A stretch of 64,000 bases of DNA, from contig CM022665.1 in assembly GCA_012295275.1 (NCBI GenBank), forward strand, positions 38,688,001-38,752,000, read 5' to 3'. This DNA is from Chrysomallon squamiferum. Its lineage: Eukaryota; Animalia; Mollusca. Each line of letters opens with the position of its first letter. Position 1 is the first letter of the stretch. A model generated the notes under the pieces. It was given only the letters and a program-made list of their open reading frames with translations, did not search any database and was not told the DNA's origin. The position numbers and the translations under genes were made by a program. Below are positions 1 through 14,074 of the stretch, in pieces.

Positions 1-1415
1 TTTGCGGTTTTGCATTAAGCCATCACATCTCAAGAGCTGCACTGCGGAGGCCTTGTAAAGGATTCCTGATTGTGGCAGCTTACTAGATAAAGTAATTTAG
101 TACTTGTCTTCTATAATGAATGTCAAGATACTTGTTCATATACTAACGATATATTATTTTTTTCCCAGGCAGGGCCTACTTTTTTTTTTTTTTTTTTTCG
201 TTCTTGCAATGACTCATTGCTCTAGTAGCCAAAGATCGCCAACCTCTCCATAAGGAAAGCCAAAATGAACACATGTTGTTTTAATAATATAAACTGTTCG
301 AGTGTGTACGTTCGTCTGTGTTGCTCTTCATAATGCCGGGTCGCTAACAGCACTCCACGGAATAGGATAAGGAATAGGGATTAAGGAATGATGGAGAGAC
401 AGGAAGAGACAGAGAGTCAGAGACAGCTAGCTCTCGGTCAACGAACTTTAGGAACAGACGACATGAATGTGAAAAAAAAAAAAAAAAAGAAAAAAAAAAC
501 GACAGAAATAATTTAGCGAGCGTAATAAGTAATGAGATCAACATAAAACTGTTGAAATTGATATGGAACAACACAATGTTGACGATAGAAAGCAAATAAT
601 AATACAACTCGTTTTGTAATTTAGGTAATAATTACAGTAAATTAACTTTGCTAATTGAAATGAAGAGGAAATAACAATTACATTTTTTTTTTTTTAATTT
701 ATTATGGGTCGTTCACTCTCACATTCTCTCTGTGCGAGTATGTATCTCTCTCTCTCTGTTTTTATGAAATCTTAATTTAATGTCTTTTTCACCTTAATTA
801 TCCAGTCGTTCACATCAATTTATTAAACGATCGATTGTTGTTTAACCCCCCTCCACACTCAGATAAAAAAAAATTCAAAAACAATTCCTGTATTTAAATT
901 AAACTTTAAAACATGAAAATACAAAATCATTCTAAACCGCGTTAACAAATACATTACTTAGTGTTTCAGAGAAATAAGCTATTCAAGAGTACTTGGAGCT
1001 GAAATTCAAGATCACCCTGCAACGTGTTGAAAATTTCAGTTATTTAACATTTTAAAGTGATTATCATCACGTGCAGGTGAAGTCAATTCTTATTATTAGA
1101 CACAGGTGAAACACAACATCATGCTCCGCCGTGCTATAAAAATTTGGGGTAAACGTGATTATCAAAATCAGTGTACCGTGACACGGAGTCTATTGTCTGG
1201 TCACCTCTCTGGCCCTTTTACAAAGTACTGACTAATATGTGGATATAGAGGTCATCGACTGTGCGTTACAGATATACAGTTATCTCATGTCAGCATTCTT
1301 TAACCGCTTTACACTGATAGATCTAATTTTTATTTGTTTTATTTTCAAAAACTTTTCGAAGTAATAATGTCCATTGTGAACGGTTTTTTTCTATTATGAA
1401 AATTTTAACCAACAC

Positions 1416-1449
<34 letters not shown>

Positions 1450-1811
1450 GTCGAAATATTTCTATGTCCTATGCATGTACAGACAGATAATTCAACTATA
1501 TTTTATTATATAGACTGCTTAAATGTATGGATTGTCTATCATATTAATTGCTGTTATTATTATTATTATTTTTTGAAGTTTTTCTTTTGTTAAATCACCC
1601 CCCCGATGTTCCCCTTACGTGTTCACACATGTACAGAAGTTAACACAAGTGTATACTGTTCTACAGTTAGAAGTGTACAGTCTTTGAAAGATATATTAAA
1701 ATATGCAGTTATTAAAAGATTTGTTTTACAAGAATGATTTAAGATTTCTAAGATTTTTTTTTTTTTTTTCTACCCCAGTACTCATTCAAAATTACAAATT
1801 GGTCATTGCAT

Positions 1812-1846
<35 letters not shown>

Positions 1847-2373
1847 TATTACTGGAAATACATTTTTTTTTTTTTTTTTTTTTTTTTTTGTCACAGAATT
1901 ATATAAAACTTCTAAAACTTTTTTTAATATCTTTCTGGGGATTCCACCCCCCTCCCTTCCCCGTCATTTATTAAAATTTTCAAATTTACTCATTATTTTG
2001 GTCTAATAACAACGTTGACACATTTTTTGAATGTAACAATATTTCTATGACACCGTAATCAAAAGGATAGTCACAGGATTGGCCCCTTTATTTTTTCTTC
2101 TGTCCATTTTATTACTTTCAGTATGACAAATGATTATTTTTATCTCAACAAACTCAACAATTAGGTTAAAACAATATTCATGGGTGAATCTTAAAAGAGT
2201 GACGCAACCCCAAATTAATTTTGATGACCGATTCTTTTTTTTTCTTACCCTTTCAGTGAATGTGATTTTATTTCAAAAGTTGTATTTATCATAATTTTAT
2301 TTGCCCTTTTCTGAAAACCAATGATCCACTCCTGATATTTCAGTATTTTAACATCAGTGACAAAGTTTGTTTG

Positions 2374-2404
<31 letters not shown>

Positions 2405-3630
2405 CTTCAGTTTCGAAATATTACAGTCGTACAACACAAATTCCAAGGACACATTAAATTTCTTCTTCTTCAAAGAAAAAAAAACAACAACTCGATTTCA
2501 TGTTGATAGAAAAATTGATCAAGAATTTCGTTTACCGTTCTGGGCGAAAAGACTAACAACGCGCGAGTTGTTTCTTGTGGTTTACTTGTCGTGGTTTCCC
2601 AAACAGGGAAGCCACTACGGAGAGTAAACAAAACGCTGGCGAGGTATGAGTCAGATCGTAAGTGAAAACTGGGTCAGCGTTCCGGTTTCTCCCATCAAAG
2701 TGTCGGACTGACTAAGATCCCAGTAACGTAGATTATTCATAACTATTAACCTACTCCGTATACACACAAAAAACCGTTTAATACTCTCTGTCTTTCAAAT
2801 AAATGATTTCTACGTTTCCGAGTAACTGGGTTACTGTGTGAGTACGAGAAATTAAAATAATAATACTTTAGAAAGTTAGAAGAAAAAAGAAAAGAAAGAA
2901 GAAATAGGATGATGAAAGAAAGAAAGAAAGAAAGAATAAAGAACCCGAAGAAAACAGGACAAAAGAATGAAATGAAAAGAAATGTACATTTACGTGAGAT
3001 AACGGTATTACATCACATTTGTTCATTTCAGTATGTATTATCGGTAAGGTAAAAAAAAAAAAAAGAAAAGATGTTCATTTCAGTATGTTAAAGTCATTAC
3101 GAACTGGTTGTACATGAAATAAACAATGATACGAACATGTTTAGTTTTATAAACATTAAAAAAAAAAAAAAAAAATCATCTGATTATTTGAAAAATGTTC
3201 ATTTCATTATCCTAAATACGTTTCGACTTATTTACTCTATGTGAAATAAACATGGATATGAATTATCATTTTCTTATCACTTCACTTAAATCAGCTGATT
3301 ATTTCTCATGTGTGTATGAATCATATATACATTTGCTTAGAAGGTTTGTAGATATAATTCTTAATGTAATGGAAACAAGTCTACTCTGTACACCACAGCT
3401 TAAACATTTCGATCGATTACACAATTACATTATTACAGTATTATTATTACATTTTTATTACAGTTTTTAACCGAGTTTTGTATTTAATTATTTTTGATCA
3501 TATTAAAAGTCATTATTATTTTTATTTTGTAAAAATCGTATATCAGACCTAATGATTTTTTTTTTTACAGGTATTTTTTACTAATTAACATTCTCTCTAT
3601 ATTTTCTCTTCATTCTTCTTTTCACTTCAT

Positions 3631-3633
<3 letters not shown>

Positions 3634-3714
<81 letters not shown>
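3634..3714. repeat. (CT)n followed by (CA)n microsatellite
   Basis: Directly visible. Confidence 0.95.
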
Positions 3715-3722
<8 letters not shown>

Positions 3723-3788
3723 CACATACAAGCCACATATTACAGTAGTTATTACATGAAGTATAATGGGTTTTTTTTTCCTCCTTAC

Positions 3789-4413
3789 CTTTCAAGACGA
3801 ATGCCTCTTTTCCTTCCCTGAGTAGAACGGACAGGACACACTTCAAGCCGTTGTCAAGAGCCGAGTCCTGCAAGTCAGTGGTGTGTTCGTCATATATCAC
3901 AATTTGTGTGCGTTTATTATTGGCTTCTCTGGACGATATGAGTTCCGCAATGTTTAACTTTCCCTGCTCCAGCCTCTTTCGACTAATTCTGTCCGAACAG
4001 CTGACGTTCACGGCACCCTGAATGTGGTTCCTGTTGTAAGCCACAAAGGGTCGACAGTCCAGAACAAGCACGGGTTTGGATTTCGAGATTTTCGAAGCAA
4101 GTTCGTGTGGCAACATCGTCCTTGCTGATAAACACGTCTTCTTGCCGGCAAACGAGCTGGCCAGAGGAAATGACATCGGGTCGAGTTTGCACTTTTTCCG
4201 AATGTGGTAGCAGTCTTCTGGTACCGCCCCTTGCGGGCTGCCCAACGACGAGATATCTAACTTCAGGCCGATTTTTCTTCTGTCCGGTAAAGTCTGATGA
4301 GTAAAATGAGTAGGTCGTAAAACCTCTACTTCTCCCGATTCAGGCATGGGTTCAGCTGATATAGTATCCACAAATACACTTGACTTAAGCCAACGGAACC
4401 ACGACCATACCAT
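3789..4413 (-). CDS. DUSP10: Dual-specificity MAPK phosphatase DUSP10/MKP5-like, first coding exon (N-terminus plus rhodanese/Cdc25-homology MAPK-binding domain); catalytic exons lie outside the window
   Basis: Translation VLDCRPFVAYNRNHIQGAVNVSCSDRISRKRLEQGK...LLREGKEAFVLKG matches the DUSP10 CH2/KIM region (DCRPF..YN..HIQGA..I.C.D.ISRRRLQQGK). Phase-1 donor AAAG|GTAAGG with the intron starting at 3788. The start is ATG 4413 or ATG 4347 (MPES...). Confidence 0.9.
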
Positions 4414-4641
4414 ATAGCCGGTGGTGATAAACTAGAACGTATATCCCACAAGTCGCGGTGATATAATTATGTAAATAAACTTTTTTTTTTTTTTTCTTTT
4501 TTAAAAATATAAAACAGAACTCTTTCCTCTCTTCCGCTGTCCTCTCAAACACAAAAAAATCACCCAAACGTTCACAGCAACGACACTCCCAGACGAATTG
4601 TGTACAGTCTTCTTTTTTTTACACCATGTCAGTCTGTTTTG

Positions 4642-4647
4642 TTTATA
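4642..4647 (-). promoter_or_regulatory. Candidate TATA box for DUSP10
   Basis: TATAAA on the minus strand about 230 bp upstream of ATG 4413; motif match only. Confidence 0.35.
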
Positions 4648-4795
4648 ATCAGCTGCTAAACAGTCATCATACCTCCAACTACCGTCTCTCTCCGCCGCAA
4701 TCCACGTACTAAATGAGTGAGCAAAGAGCCATGAATGAATGATATTGCAAGCGCCTCCTCGTGGCAGAAAAGAGATGATCTCATCGCTGGTGTCT

Positions 4796-4840
4796 CTATT
4801 TTTAGACCGTCCAATCAGAACGCGGCGGAGGTTGACATCA
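4796..4840. promoter_or_regulatory. DUSP10 proximal promoter module: MEF2 site, CCAAT box and Jun/ATF2-type site
   Basis: CTATTTTTAG 4796-4805, CCAAT 4811-4815 and TGACATCA 4833-4840 inside a CpG-rich island upstream of the first exon. Confidence 0.6.
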
Positions 4841-5487
4841 GTGAGTCGTCGATTTCCGCATGCACTCGGTAACTGCGTTCGTCGTTGCTACGAACGCGGG
4901 CTGCAACACAACAAAGGTTTTCGGCGAAAGATCTCGGTACAAGCAGACAACAAACAGACAGACGAAGCGTCTCGGCGGGCTTTTTCTCTACATGGTATTT
5001 AAACACACAACAAATTCAACTGCGTGTCCTTATAACATATGCACTGACTGTATAAAGCACGTTAACTCTCTTTGTGTGTTTTGTTTGCGGTGATAAATAA
5101 CGAGGCAGTCATTTTAAAAAAAATATATATTACTCATAACGGACACTCATGCAGGCGTGACTTCTGACAAAGCGTTTTGTCTCATTGTCTCTATTGTCCG
5201 GCACTGTCCAGTCAGTCAGTCTGACCGGAGTTTGATTCATAATCACGTTAATTATATTAAAATATTATCTCATTCTGAATGTCTGTGACAAAATCAGGTT
5301 ATATACGTTGTCAGTATTAGTAGAAATGTATTCATAAATTAACAGTAACGAGGATGATGATGATATCACTAATAATAATAATAATAATATTAATAATAAT
5401 AATAATAATAATAATAAGTTGTGTAGTAATTGTAATGGCAGTAATGGTGCTAACAGTAGTTAATAGTAGTAGTAACAGTAACAGTAA

Positions 5488-5531
<44 letters not shown>

Positions 5532-5603
5532 ATACCATAGTAGTTTTCGTCTGAGTTATAGTTTACTGCGATTATTTGTAACAATAATAACAACAATAAC
5601 ATC

Positions 5604-5652
<49 letters not shown>

Positions 5653-6727
5653 TAAATCAGGATTAATTATCCAGGATCAATGTTAATTAAATCAGGACGA
5701 AATCACTGATTATACAGATGTTTTACGTCAGATTTGTTTTACTACTGGTCGAAGTTTTAAATCTCAGATATATGAAGATCAAACCGCGTGGATGGACAAT
5801 GTGTTGTTATGTCTTAGTCCAAACTGTGTATAAAAAACTGTGACAGTGATTCTCATTTTCCGTAACAGAATAATTATAGAACATGATATAAAGTGTAAGA
5901 TAATTTTTATGATGACTAATATTTATTCAAAATAATTTGACGTAGTATTTGTTTCCGTATTTTTTTAAATAATTTTAAATTTTTTTTTTTTATATATACA
6001 ATAATTTGACAGAATAGTACATAATTGATTTTATTTTTTTCCATTTAAAAGAAACGTATTTTTCAACAGCAACATTGTTGTTGTTGTTGTTAATTCATTT
6101 TTTTTTTTTTTTTTTCCAAATAGATAATTATTATAACAAATACTTGCTTTACATAATAATAATAATTTCATTATCGTTATCACAATTTTTCTCTCTCTTT
6201 CTTTCTTTCTTTCTTTCTTCTTCTTCTTCTTACTACTACTACTACTACTATTATTATTATATTTTTTGTATTATTCTCTCTAATTTTTGTTTCCTTTTTC
6301 TTCTTGTTTTTTTTTTTGTTTCTTTCTTTCTTTTTCTTTTTTTTTTCTTTCCTTTCCTTTTTTGAATAGATGAGATACTTAATTACACTGGTATATTTGA
6401 TTATAAACAATTATCTGAAATGGCCTGCATTCTAACAACTGTCTAGAACATTACACGTATAATTATATTGCTGACTATCCTTGAACAGAAAGTAGTAAAC
6501 AAGACACATGCAATACACGGAATTCGGTCATAGGAAGTTACGTCGCTTAATTGTAGAGGGTTACCGTCAACTATAACCACTTTTCGAGAACAACAACAAC
6601 AACAACAACAACCACGTCTACAACAACAACAACTACTACAACAACAACAACTACAACAACACCTGAATAAGGGATGGGTAAGGGTAATTGGCTGTATAGA
6701 TGACACTAAAATAATACGTTTTTAACG

Positions 6728-6763
<36 letters not shown>

Positions 6764-8425
6764 AAAAATAAATATTATGGTTACCAAGATTCATTTTCGA
6801 TATTTATTTACTTAATCAGGGTGGGTACAGGATGTTAAAAATAGAGCGTTGTCTTCAATTTTTGAGTTCATGTAAAAAATTGTTTATCAATCAATAAACT
6901 GGTAATTCACGCATCGATGGCATTATCGCCTATTGATCTGTTGATAATTATGTTGAAGAAGAAAAAGAAGAAGAAGAAAAAAAAAGAAGAAGAAGAAAGA
7001 GGAAAATTCGAGACTTAGCATGTTAAAATGTAAATAATCTATTTTGGAACATCCTTGGTATTTCCCGGTTTCGAAAAAAACAACCCCGAATATATTACGT
7101 AAAACTCTTTGTGTTGCATGCTAGCTATATAAATAGACACAAGGGTATTTCTCTTCGCTCTATATTTGTTCAGGTAAATCTATACATACACCAGAGGGTG
7201 TTTGCGTTATTCTGACAGCGTCAAAAATAGAACATTCTGACACCTACTTAATATTATATACTATTAAGTGGACTGGTTAGGTCTTACAACTTGAAAAATG
7301 GGTTTATAAATAAAACTTACGTTGACTAGTAATCTGGAAATTTGTAAAATTAAAGTATATGTAGTAGTAGTTGTTGTAATAGTGGTATTTGTGGCAACAG
7401 AGGTAATAGTAGAAGAAGTAGTTGTACTAGCAGTAGCGGTAGTGATTGTGATAGAAATAGCAATAGTAATAGTAGTGGCTGTGGTAGTGATAGTAGAAGG
7501 AATAGTGGTTATGGCAGTCGTTATGGTTGTAGTAGTAGAATAGTTGTAGTAGCAATATTAGTAGTAATAGTGATAATAGTTGTAATTATGGTAGTAGTAG
7601 CGAAAGAAATAGTGTTTGAGGTGGAAGTAGTTGTAGCAGTGACTGTGGCAGTGGTAATGATAGTAGTGGTATTAGAAATAATAGCAAATGTGACAGTTTT
7701 CGATACAGAAAATATATAAAAGCATCTAGGTTTATTGGACACATTTTAAATTATGTACAAATTTTACACAATGTATTTCTTTTTGTTGTTTTTTTAGAAA
7801 ATTCGGGCTTGATTAATGTTTGTTTCATAGTCACAAACGTTATTATTTTATTTTAGTGAGTAGTGTCTTCACTCGCACTTTTTTTTTTCTCAGAATCAAA
7901 CACACACGATGTCTAACGCACTCTGTAACCCAGAATTAAAATCTGGGGGAAAGGTTTCTAAATAGAAAGCTGATGAAATATCGTAATCCTTCAATCCAAA
8001 AGGAAATTCCTGCAGCGATCCGAACTGAACGTCTGCTCCATCTCCTCTACATCTACGTGTGAGACTGAGCTCGTCATCACAGACACCAGCAGCTACCACG
8101 GCGTCCCCGCTGTTGCAGTTATGACTGACACGGCGCATCGCTGCTTAGGCAGACACCGTCTCAGCTGTTATTTTTCTTGTTCAGTTTGATCACGTAACAA
8201 GTGAAAAGATAACTCGAGTTTTCTCAGCGTGGTTTCACTAATTTTGATTACATATGGCAGTTTAGGGGACTGGTAGTAATTACTGTTTTTACTATTAATA
8301 GAGTATGTCTTTTTCACTTGTTCTTATCTGTACGTACGTGTACATGTTTGCCGTCTACAGAATGTTTTTTTTATGTGTTTCCTTGTCATTTATTATTTGT
8401 ATGATTTAACACGCCTGTTATTATC

Positions 8426-8485
<60 letters not shown>

Positions 8486-8513
8486 TTTAAATATAGTAGT
8501 AGTAGCGTAATAT

Positions 8514-8569
<56 letters not shown>

Positions 8570-9359
8570 ATAGTAATAATAATATGAAAGTACGCAGATA
8601 TTTAGTTACATCAGTTCTATATTTAGTATTTTGATTTTACATAATAAAAGTATTAAACTAATGGTAAAACAAATTTTGATTCGAATTTTTCAAAATTATA
8701 ATTCTTTTTTATCTTACATTTTCTCCTATCTTTCTTTTCGTGTACGTGCCTGTCTGTCTGTCTGTACTGGATTTCTTTCTTTAATACATGTAAACAAACA
8801 CACAGACACACACACTTAGACACACACACACACACACACTCAGACACACACACGTACCCACATAACCACATACACACATACAAATATACATACACATATA
8901 CACACACACACATATACATACACATATACACACATACATACAAAGCATATATATATATATATATATATACACATACATATTTACATACATAAACACCCAC
9001 ACCCACACACATACACATTCACACATAGCCTCAGTGTCGCGAGTTTCAAATTAGTCATCAAGTGGACACTTAAGCCAAACATTCTTTTCACCATTACTAT
9101 TTAAACAATTTGTTATATCACCACTGCATATTCTTAATGCTCCAATTGCTGCATATAAAACCAATCCACGACTGTAGGCGTACTACTTATACAAACATTA
9201 ATGCATGGGTGGAAGTTTTAAATGACAAAAGGCGGGCAAATTACATCATTTAAAAACGATTGTAGCGGAAAATATCAAATTCAGTATCAATAATTAAAAA
9301 CCGCATCATCCGGAAACGATTATAACTGAACGTATCAAATTTAGAACTGACTGTTTAAA

Positions 9360-10110
9360 ATTAATAAAGTAAAGTTACCTCGTTCTGATAAGGAAACTGA
9401 AAAGAAGGCATTTTATTCTTTGTCATATTTAGTATTAATCTTTTATAAGTAACTGATAAAGATTACCTCTTGCTATAAATAAAATTTACAAGTGTTAATG
9501 ATCAGTATTAGTGTTTAAATTACAAAGTAAAAATTACCTGATGCTAAAAACGAAACTTAAAAGAACTGAAAATCAAACTGCTTTATCTGTTATATTTAGT
9601 GTTGATCATTTGCCCATTATTAAAGTGAAACTTTTTAAAATAATTAAAGAAGAGGGCATTTTAAGTGTTACATTCGAAATAAATCATTTGAAATAATCAA
9701 ATAAAAGTTGCCTCGTTCTCAAACTAAAATTTAAAAATATTGAAGAACAAAGGCGTAATATCTGTTTCCATATTGAGTAGTACTCATTATTTAAAATTAG
9801 TAAAAAAAAAAAAAAAATTTAATAAAAATAAAAAAAGACACCTCATTCTAAAAACGAAATTTAAAATAATTAAAAGAAAAGAATGGCATTTTATCTGTCG
9901 TTGATTTCCATGCTCATCATTTAATATAACAAAAAAAAAAAAAAACCAGATTTAAAATTATCAAAAAACAATGTGTTTTATTCGCTTTGTCATACCGGGT
10001 GCTAATTATGTAAAATGACTAAACAAAAGTTTCCTCATTCTAAGAATGAAACTTAAAAAAGTATCGAAAAGGAAGTTATTTTATCTGTTATCATACACAG
10101 TATTAATCAC
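9360..10110. repeat. Degenerate AT-rich tandem repeat, unit roughly 80-130 bp
   Basis: Recurring aaagttacctcgttct...aaac/tt..aaaa...ggcattttatctgtt...agtattaatca-like blocks, at least six copies. Confidence 0.65.
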
Positions 10111-11134
10111 TGAAGGGGTTTTTATCTCTGAGTCAAGGTTACTCACGTGGGAAAGGTCGTGGGATTAAAGTAGGTGTGAGGGCTCTAAGGCGTTTTAGCA
10201 TATTTCATTTTCATTGAGAGAAATAGGCACATAGAACCATGTGTGTTTTAGGTGATCAAATCAGAATTTAAAAAATTATACTGTACAAAAGATTACTGTT
10301 TGGGACGGAGTGTTAAGCTCCTGAGTAATTATACAGAGACATAATAAAACCATACAGCAGTGGTTGTAGAGAATCACTTCGTAGTGTGATAAGCTAAAAT
10401 GGTCAGGCAAGTAAGAGAAGAAAAACACGACACTCCCCTTCACAGCCCGCTCCCATATAACACGTCTTTACTGATTTATCAGTGATTAATAACTCTAATA
10501 CATATTTATATCTTTAATATATTATATACGTTTTAATTTTTAATTAATTAATCTATTATTATTTTTTTATTTTTTTTTTAAAGTTTTTTTTAAAATTATT
10601 ATTATTTATTTTTTTTTTTTTTTAATGTTTTTTTTTTTCTATTATTATTATTATACTATTATAAATTTTCATTACTTTGGTCATTACAGAAATATTAACT
10701 AATTTATATATTTTACGTATATAAATTTACTTTTTTATGTTTTCGTTTTCTTTTCACCTTTTTTTACAATATTTAGTTTCAGTTAAATGATGTTTTCATA
10801 ACAATTTTAATTCAATAATTCTGAGTCAAATTACGATATGTAACAAAGAAGCGAGGAATACAAAAACATTATTAGCATGCGTGACAAGAAAACACAGTGA
10901 CGTGCAAATAATATGTCTTAAGTGATCTTCCCTGAACAAATTAAAAAAAATGAATGAATGAACGAACGAAGTTTTAACTAACAATATCTCTCTATTTTCT
11001 GTTTTTATTTAATAGTATTATGATACTGATGATGGTGATGATTATTATTATTGTTGTCGTTGTCGTTGTTATTTATATATTTATTTATTTTTATGAACAT
11101 GATTGCTAATTAATTAATTAATTAATTTTTTTTT

Positions 11135-11174
<40 letters not shown>

Positions 11175-11388
11175 TATTTATTTGTAGTAAAGGTTTATTT
11201 TTATCAGTCACTTGATTCTATGCAAATAATACGAGAGAGTAAAACAGATATGTAGCAAAACTTAAAGTTATATACAAACAGAAGCATGAACATTTTGATA
11301 TGTCATTTCTTTTCTTTGGATTTCTTTCCTTCTTTTCTATCTTTCCTTTGTCTTTTTTCTTTTTCTCTTTCATTCTTGCTTTTCTTTT

Positions 11389-11431
<43 letters not shown>

Positions 11432-11718
11432 CAAATTTTTCTTTCACTATTTTTTATATTTTTTTTCTTCAATTTTTAAATTCATTTATTTTCAACCAGT
11501 CTTTAATAAAAGACCGTTAATGCAATAAATTAAAGTGCTACTAGTACTAATTAAAGGGGGTCGTTGCTGTCTTCAGCTATTGCGTAACGAAATGGCTCTT
11601 GTTACAAAAGAATTCTTCGGCGATCGCTCGATCATATAAAAACGATAATACGATTAATACCATGTTGTATTTTGCTCAAGCGAAACTGACATGCGAGGCA
11701 GAACAATTAAAATCAGCT

Positions 11719-11726
11719 TGACGTCA
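11719..11726. promoter_or_regulatory. Perfect CRE (TGACGTCA) in a CpG-retaining island
   Basis: Exact motif; function untested. Confidence 0.35.
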
Positions 11727-13519
11727 ATTGGTGTTTGTGTCTGGCGATATTATTGAGTACTCCGTACAGTTTAACTAGTTTTCACTGATTACATGTCATT
11801 AAGGTAATTAATTCAAACAAGTCTGTGATTCAACATTGTACAGTGATGACTAACGTCCACACGTACTTGCTGTGAGAAAGTGTTTACCCTGGTCATGCTT
11901 ATTTTCATTTCATTCCCTTGTAATTTCTTTTTTTTTTTTTTTTTTTTTGTTCATTATATACATTTTATATTTTGTTACTGTTTCGTTGTTTTGGATTTTA
12001 AAAAAATTTTCTTTCTAATTATTATTATTATTTTTTTAAAATTTTGTTGTTGTTATTGTTCTTGCTGTTGTTGCTGTTGTTATTATTGTTGTTGCTATCA
12101 TAATTTTTATTATTAATATTATTGTTATTATTATTATTGCTGTTGCTGCTGCTGGTGTTGTTGTTACTGAACAAAGGGTTATTTTTTTTCTCTCATAAAG
12201 ATTGATTGTTTATCAGTTATATTAAACATAAATCTTAATAATTAAAAACTTCAGCTGATTTTTCACAATTCAGTATCCAGTGCTTTATTACAGTGTATTT
12301 ATTTATGTGGTTTGTATTAATATAACATATTTTTTCTCTTTTTGTTATTTTTCTTCTCTTTCTTTCTTTCCTTCTTACTTTTTTTTTAGTTAGCTTATTT
12401 CGTTATTTAATTATTTATTTACCCAATTTTCCAAACTATTAAACGAGGACTGATAAAACTTTAATTCTTTTGAAAAAAAACAAAAAAACAAAAAAAAAAA
12501 CAAAACGTTATATTTATGTATTTCTCTTCTTTCTTTCTTTTCTTTTAAAAATAAAATAAAAATTTAAACTTTTTTTTAGCTAAAATTTAAACAGAAAGAA
12601 AACGAAGCAAAACCAAAAAAAAAAAAAAAAAAAAAAAAAAAGTATTACTTATTACTTACTACACTATACTTAAAAATAAAATAAAATAAAATAATGGTAT
12701 TTAAATTATCCTGCGATATATATTACACACAATACAATATTCTGCAAGTTTAACAAGTATAACATATACATATATTAGTAGAATAGCATTTATCCGAGGT
12801 ATGAGTAATACAGACACCGCTATCTATCTCTTGATTATATTATGAAAAGAATCAATATATTATATCACAATTTGTCAAGATACGAAACTGTATTCAGTTT
12901 GATGTGCTGACAGGGAGAAACGCAGATGACTAACGAATATTTTTATATCTGTTAAACAGATTATGAAACCAACCTCAAAATGTGTATGACGATAGTTAGT
13001 GTAATGTCGTTATACAGACATAATATTTAAAATACCAAAACAACAGGAAAAAAAATTATAAGAATAAAAAAATAAAAAAAAAAAAAAAAAAAATGAAATA
13101 AAATAAAATGAAATAAAAAAAATGAAAAAAAAAATTAAAAAAAAAAAAAAAATAAAATGAAATGAAATAAAATGAAATAAAAAAAAATTAAATCAGATGA
13201 AATAAAATAAAATAAAATAAAATAAAATAAAATAAACAAATAAAAACATAAAGGAAATTTTTTATTTATTTATTTATTTTTATCTAGGGTTCGCAAAGTG
13301 CATAAATGATATATGGGGTTAAAATCATAACAAAAGTGTGAGACAAACAGAGAATTCAAATTTTTTGTATTTCATAAATGAGATCTGGGTTGAAGTTAAT
13401 ACTACGTCAAGAACCTAATTTCACGTCAGATAACATTACTGAAAGTTCATAGTGTACATTTAATGATAAAAACACTAGTAAAAACGAATACTATGAAAAT
13501 AACAGGAAATGATTGTTGT

Positions 13520-14072
13520 GTGTTTTCATCATAGTAGTCTATTCATTAACTCATATATAGAGTCCATTCATCGATATAGTCATAAATGTAGCGTATTGAT
13601 AAATATGTTAATTAATTTAGTGTTTTCATCAATACATTCCTCTGTGTTGTATATCCGTCTGTATATTCATCAATATATTCTATAATGTAGTGCATTTACC
13701 ATTATTTTTATCAATGTAATGTATTCATCAATACATTTATCATCGTGGTGTATTCATCTGCATATTTATCTGTGTAGCGTATTCATAAATATATTTATCT
13801 ATTAGTATATTTATCAGTATATTTATGAATATAATGCAGTCATCAATATATATATATATATATATATATCTGTGTAGCGTGTTTATGAGTATATTCATCC
13901 ATGTACTGTAATCCCCAGCACATTAATAAATGTAGTATATTCATAATCTACTGATTAATATAGCGAATCTGTCAGTGTATTCATTTCTGCAGTTTATGTC
14001 TCAATATATTCACTGGTGTAGTGTATTTATCAGTATGTGTATTGTATTCATCATTGCAATCTATTCATTACT
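13520..14072. repeat. Degenerate minisatellite (atatattcatc / tgtagcgtattcat-like units)
   Basis: Many imperfect copies of tattcatcaat...tgtagtgtatt. Confidence 0.7.
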
Positions 14073-14074
14073 AT

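Noticed and set aside
1-66. Short open frame on the minus strand after TCAG as a possible DUSP10 exon 2
   Set aside because: It does not give the expected LKG-GL..F continuation and lacks a polypyrimidine tract.
7896-8138. GC-richer 80-aa ORF (similar cases at 4739-5093, 20877-21110, 24024-24323, 40618-41000, 43346-43594)
   Set aside because: No recognisable protein motif or consistent splice chain; better explained as regulatory islands.
13520-14072. CRISPR-like periodicity in the repeat arrays (also 9360-10110)
   Set aside because: Eukaryotic context, degenerate units, no identical repeats with unique spacers and no cas genes.
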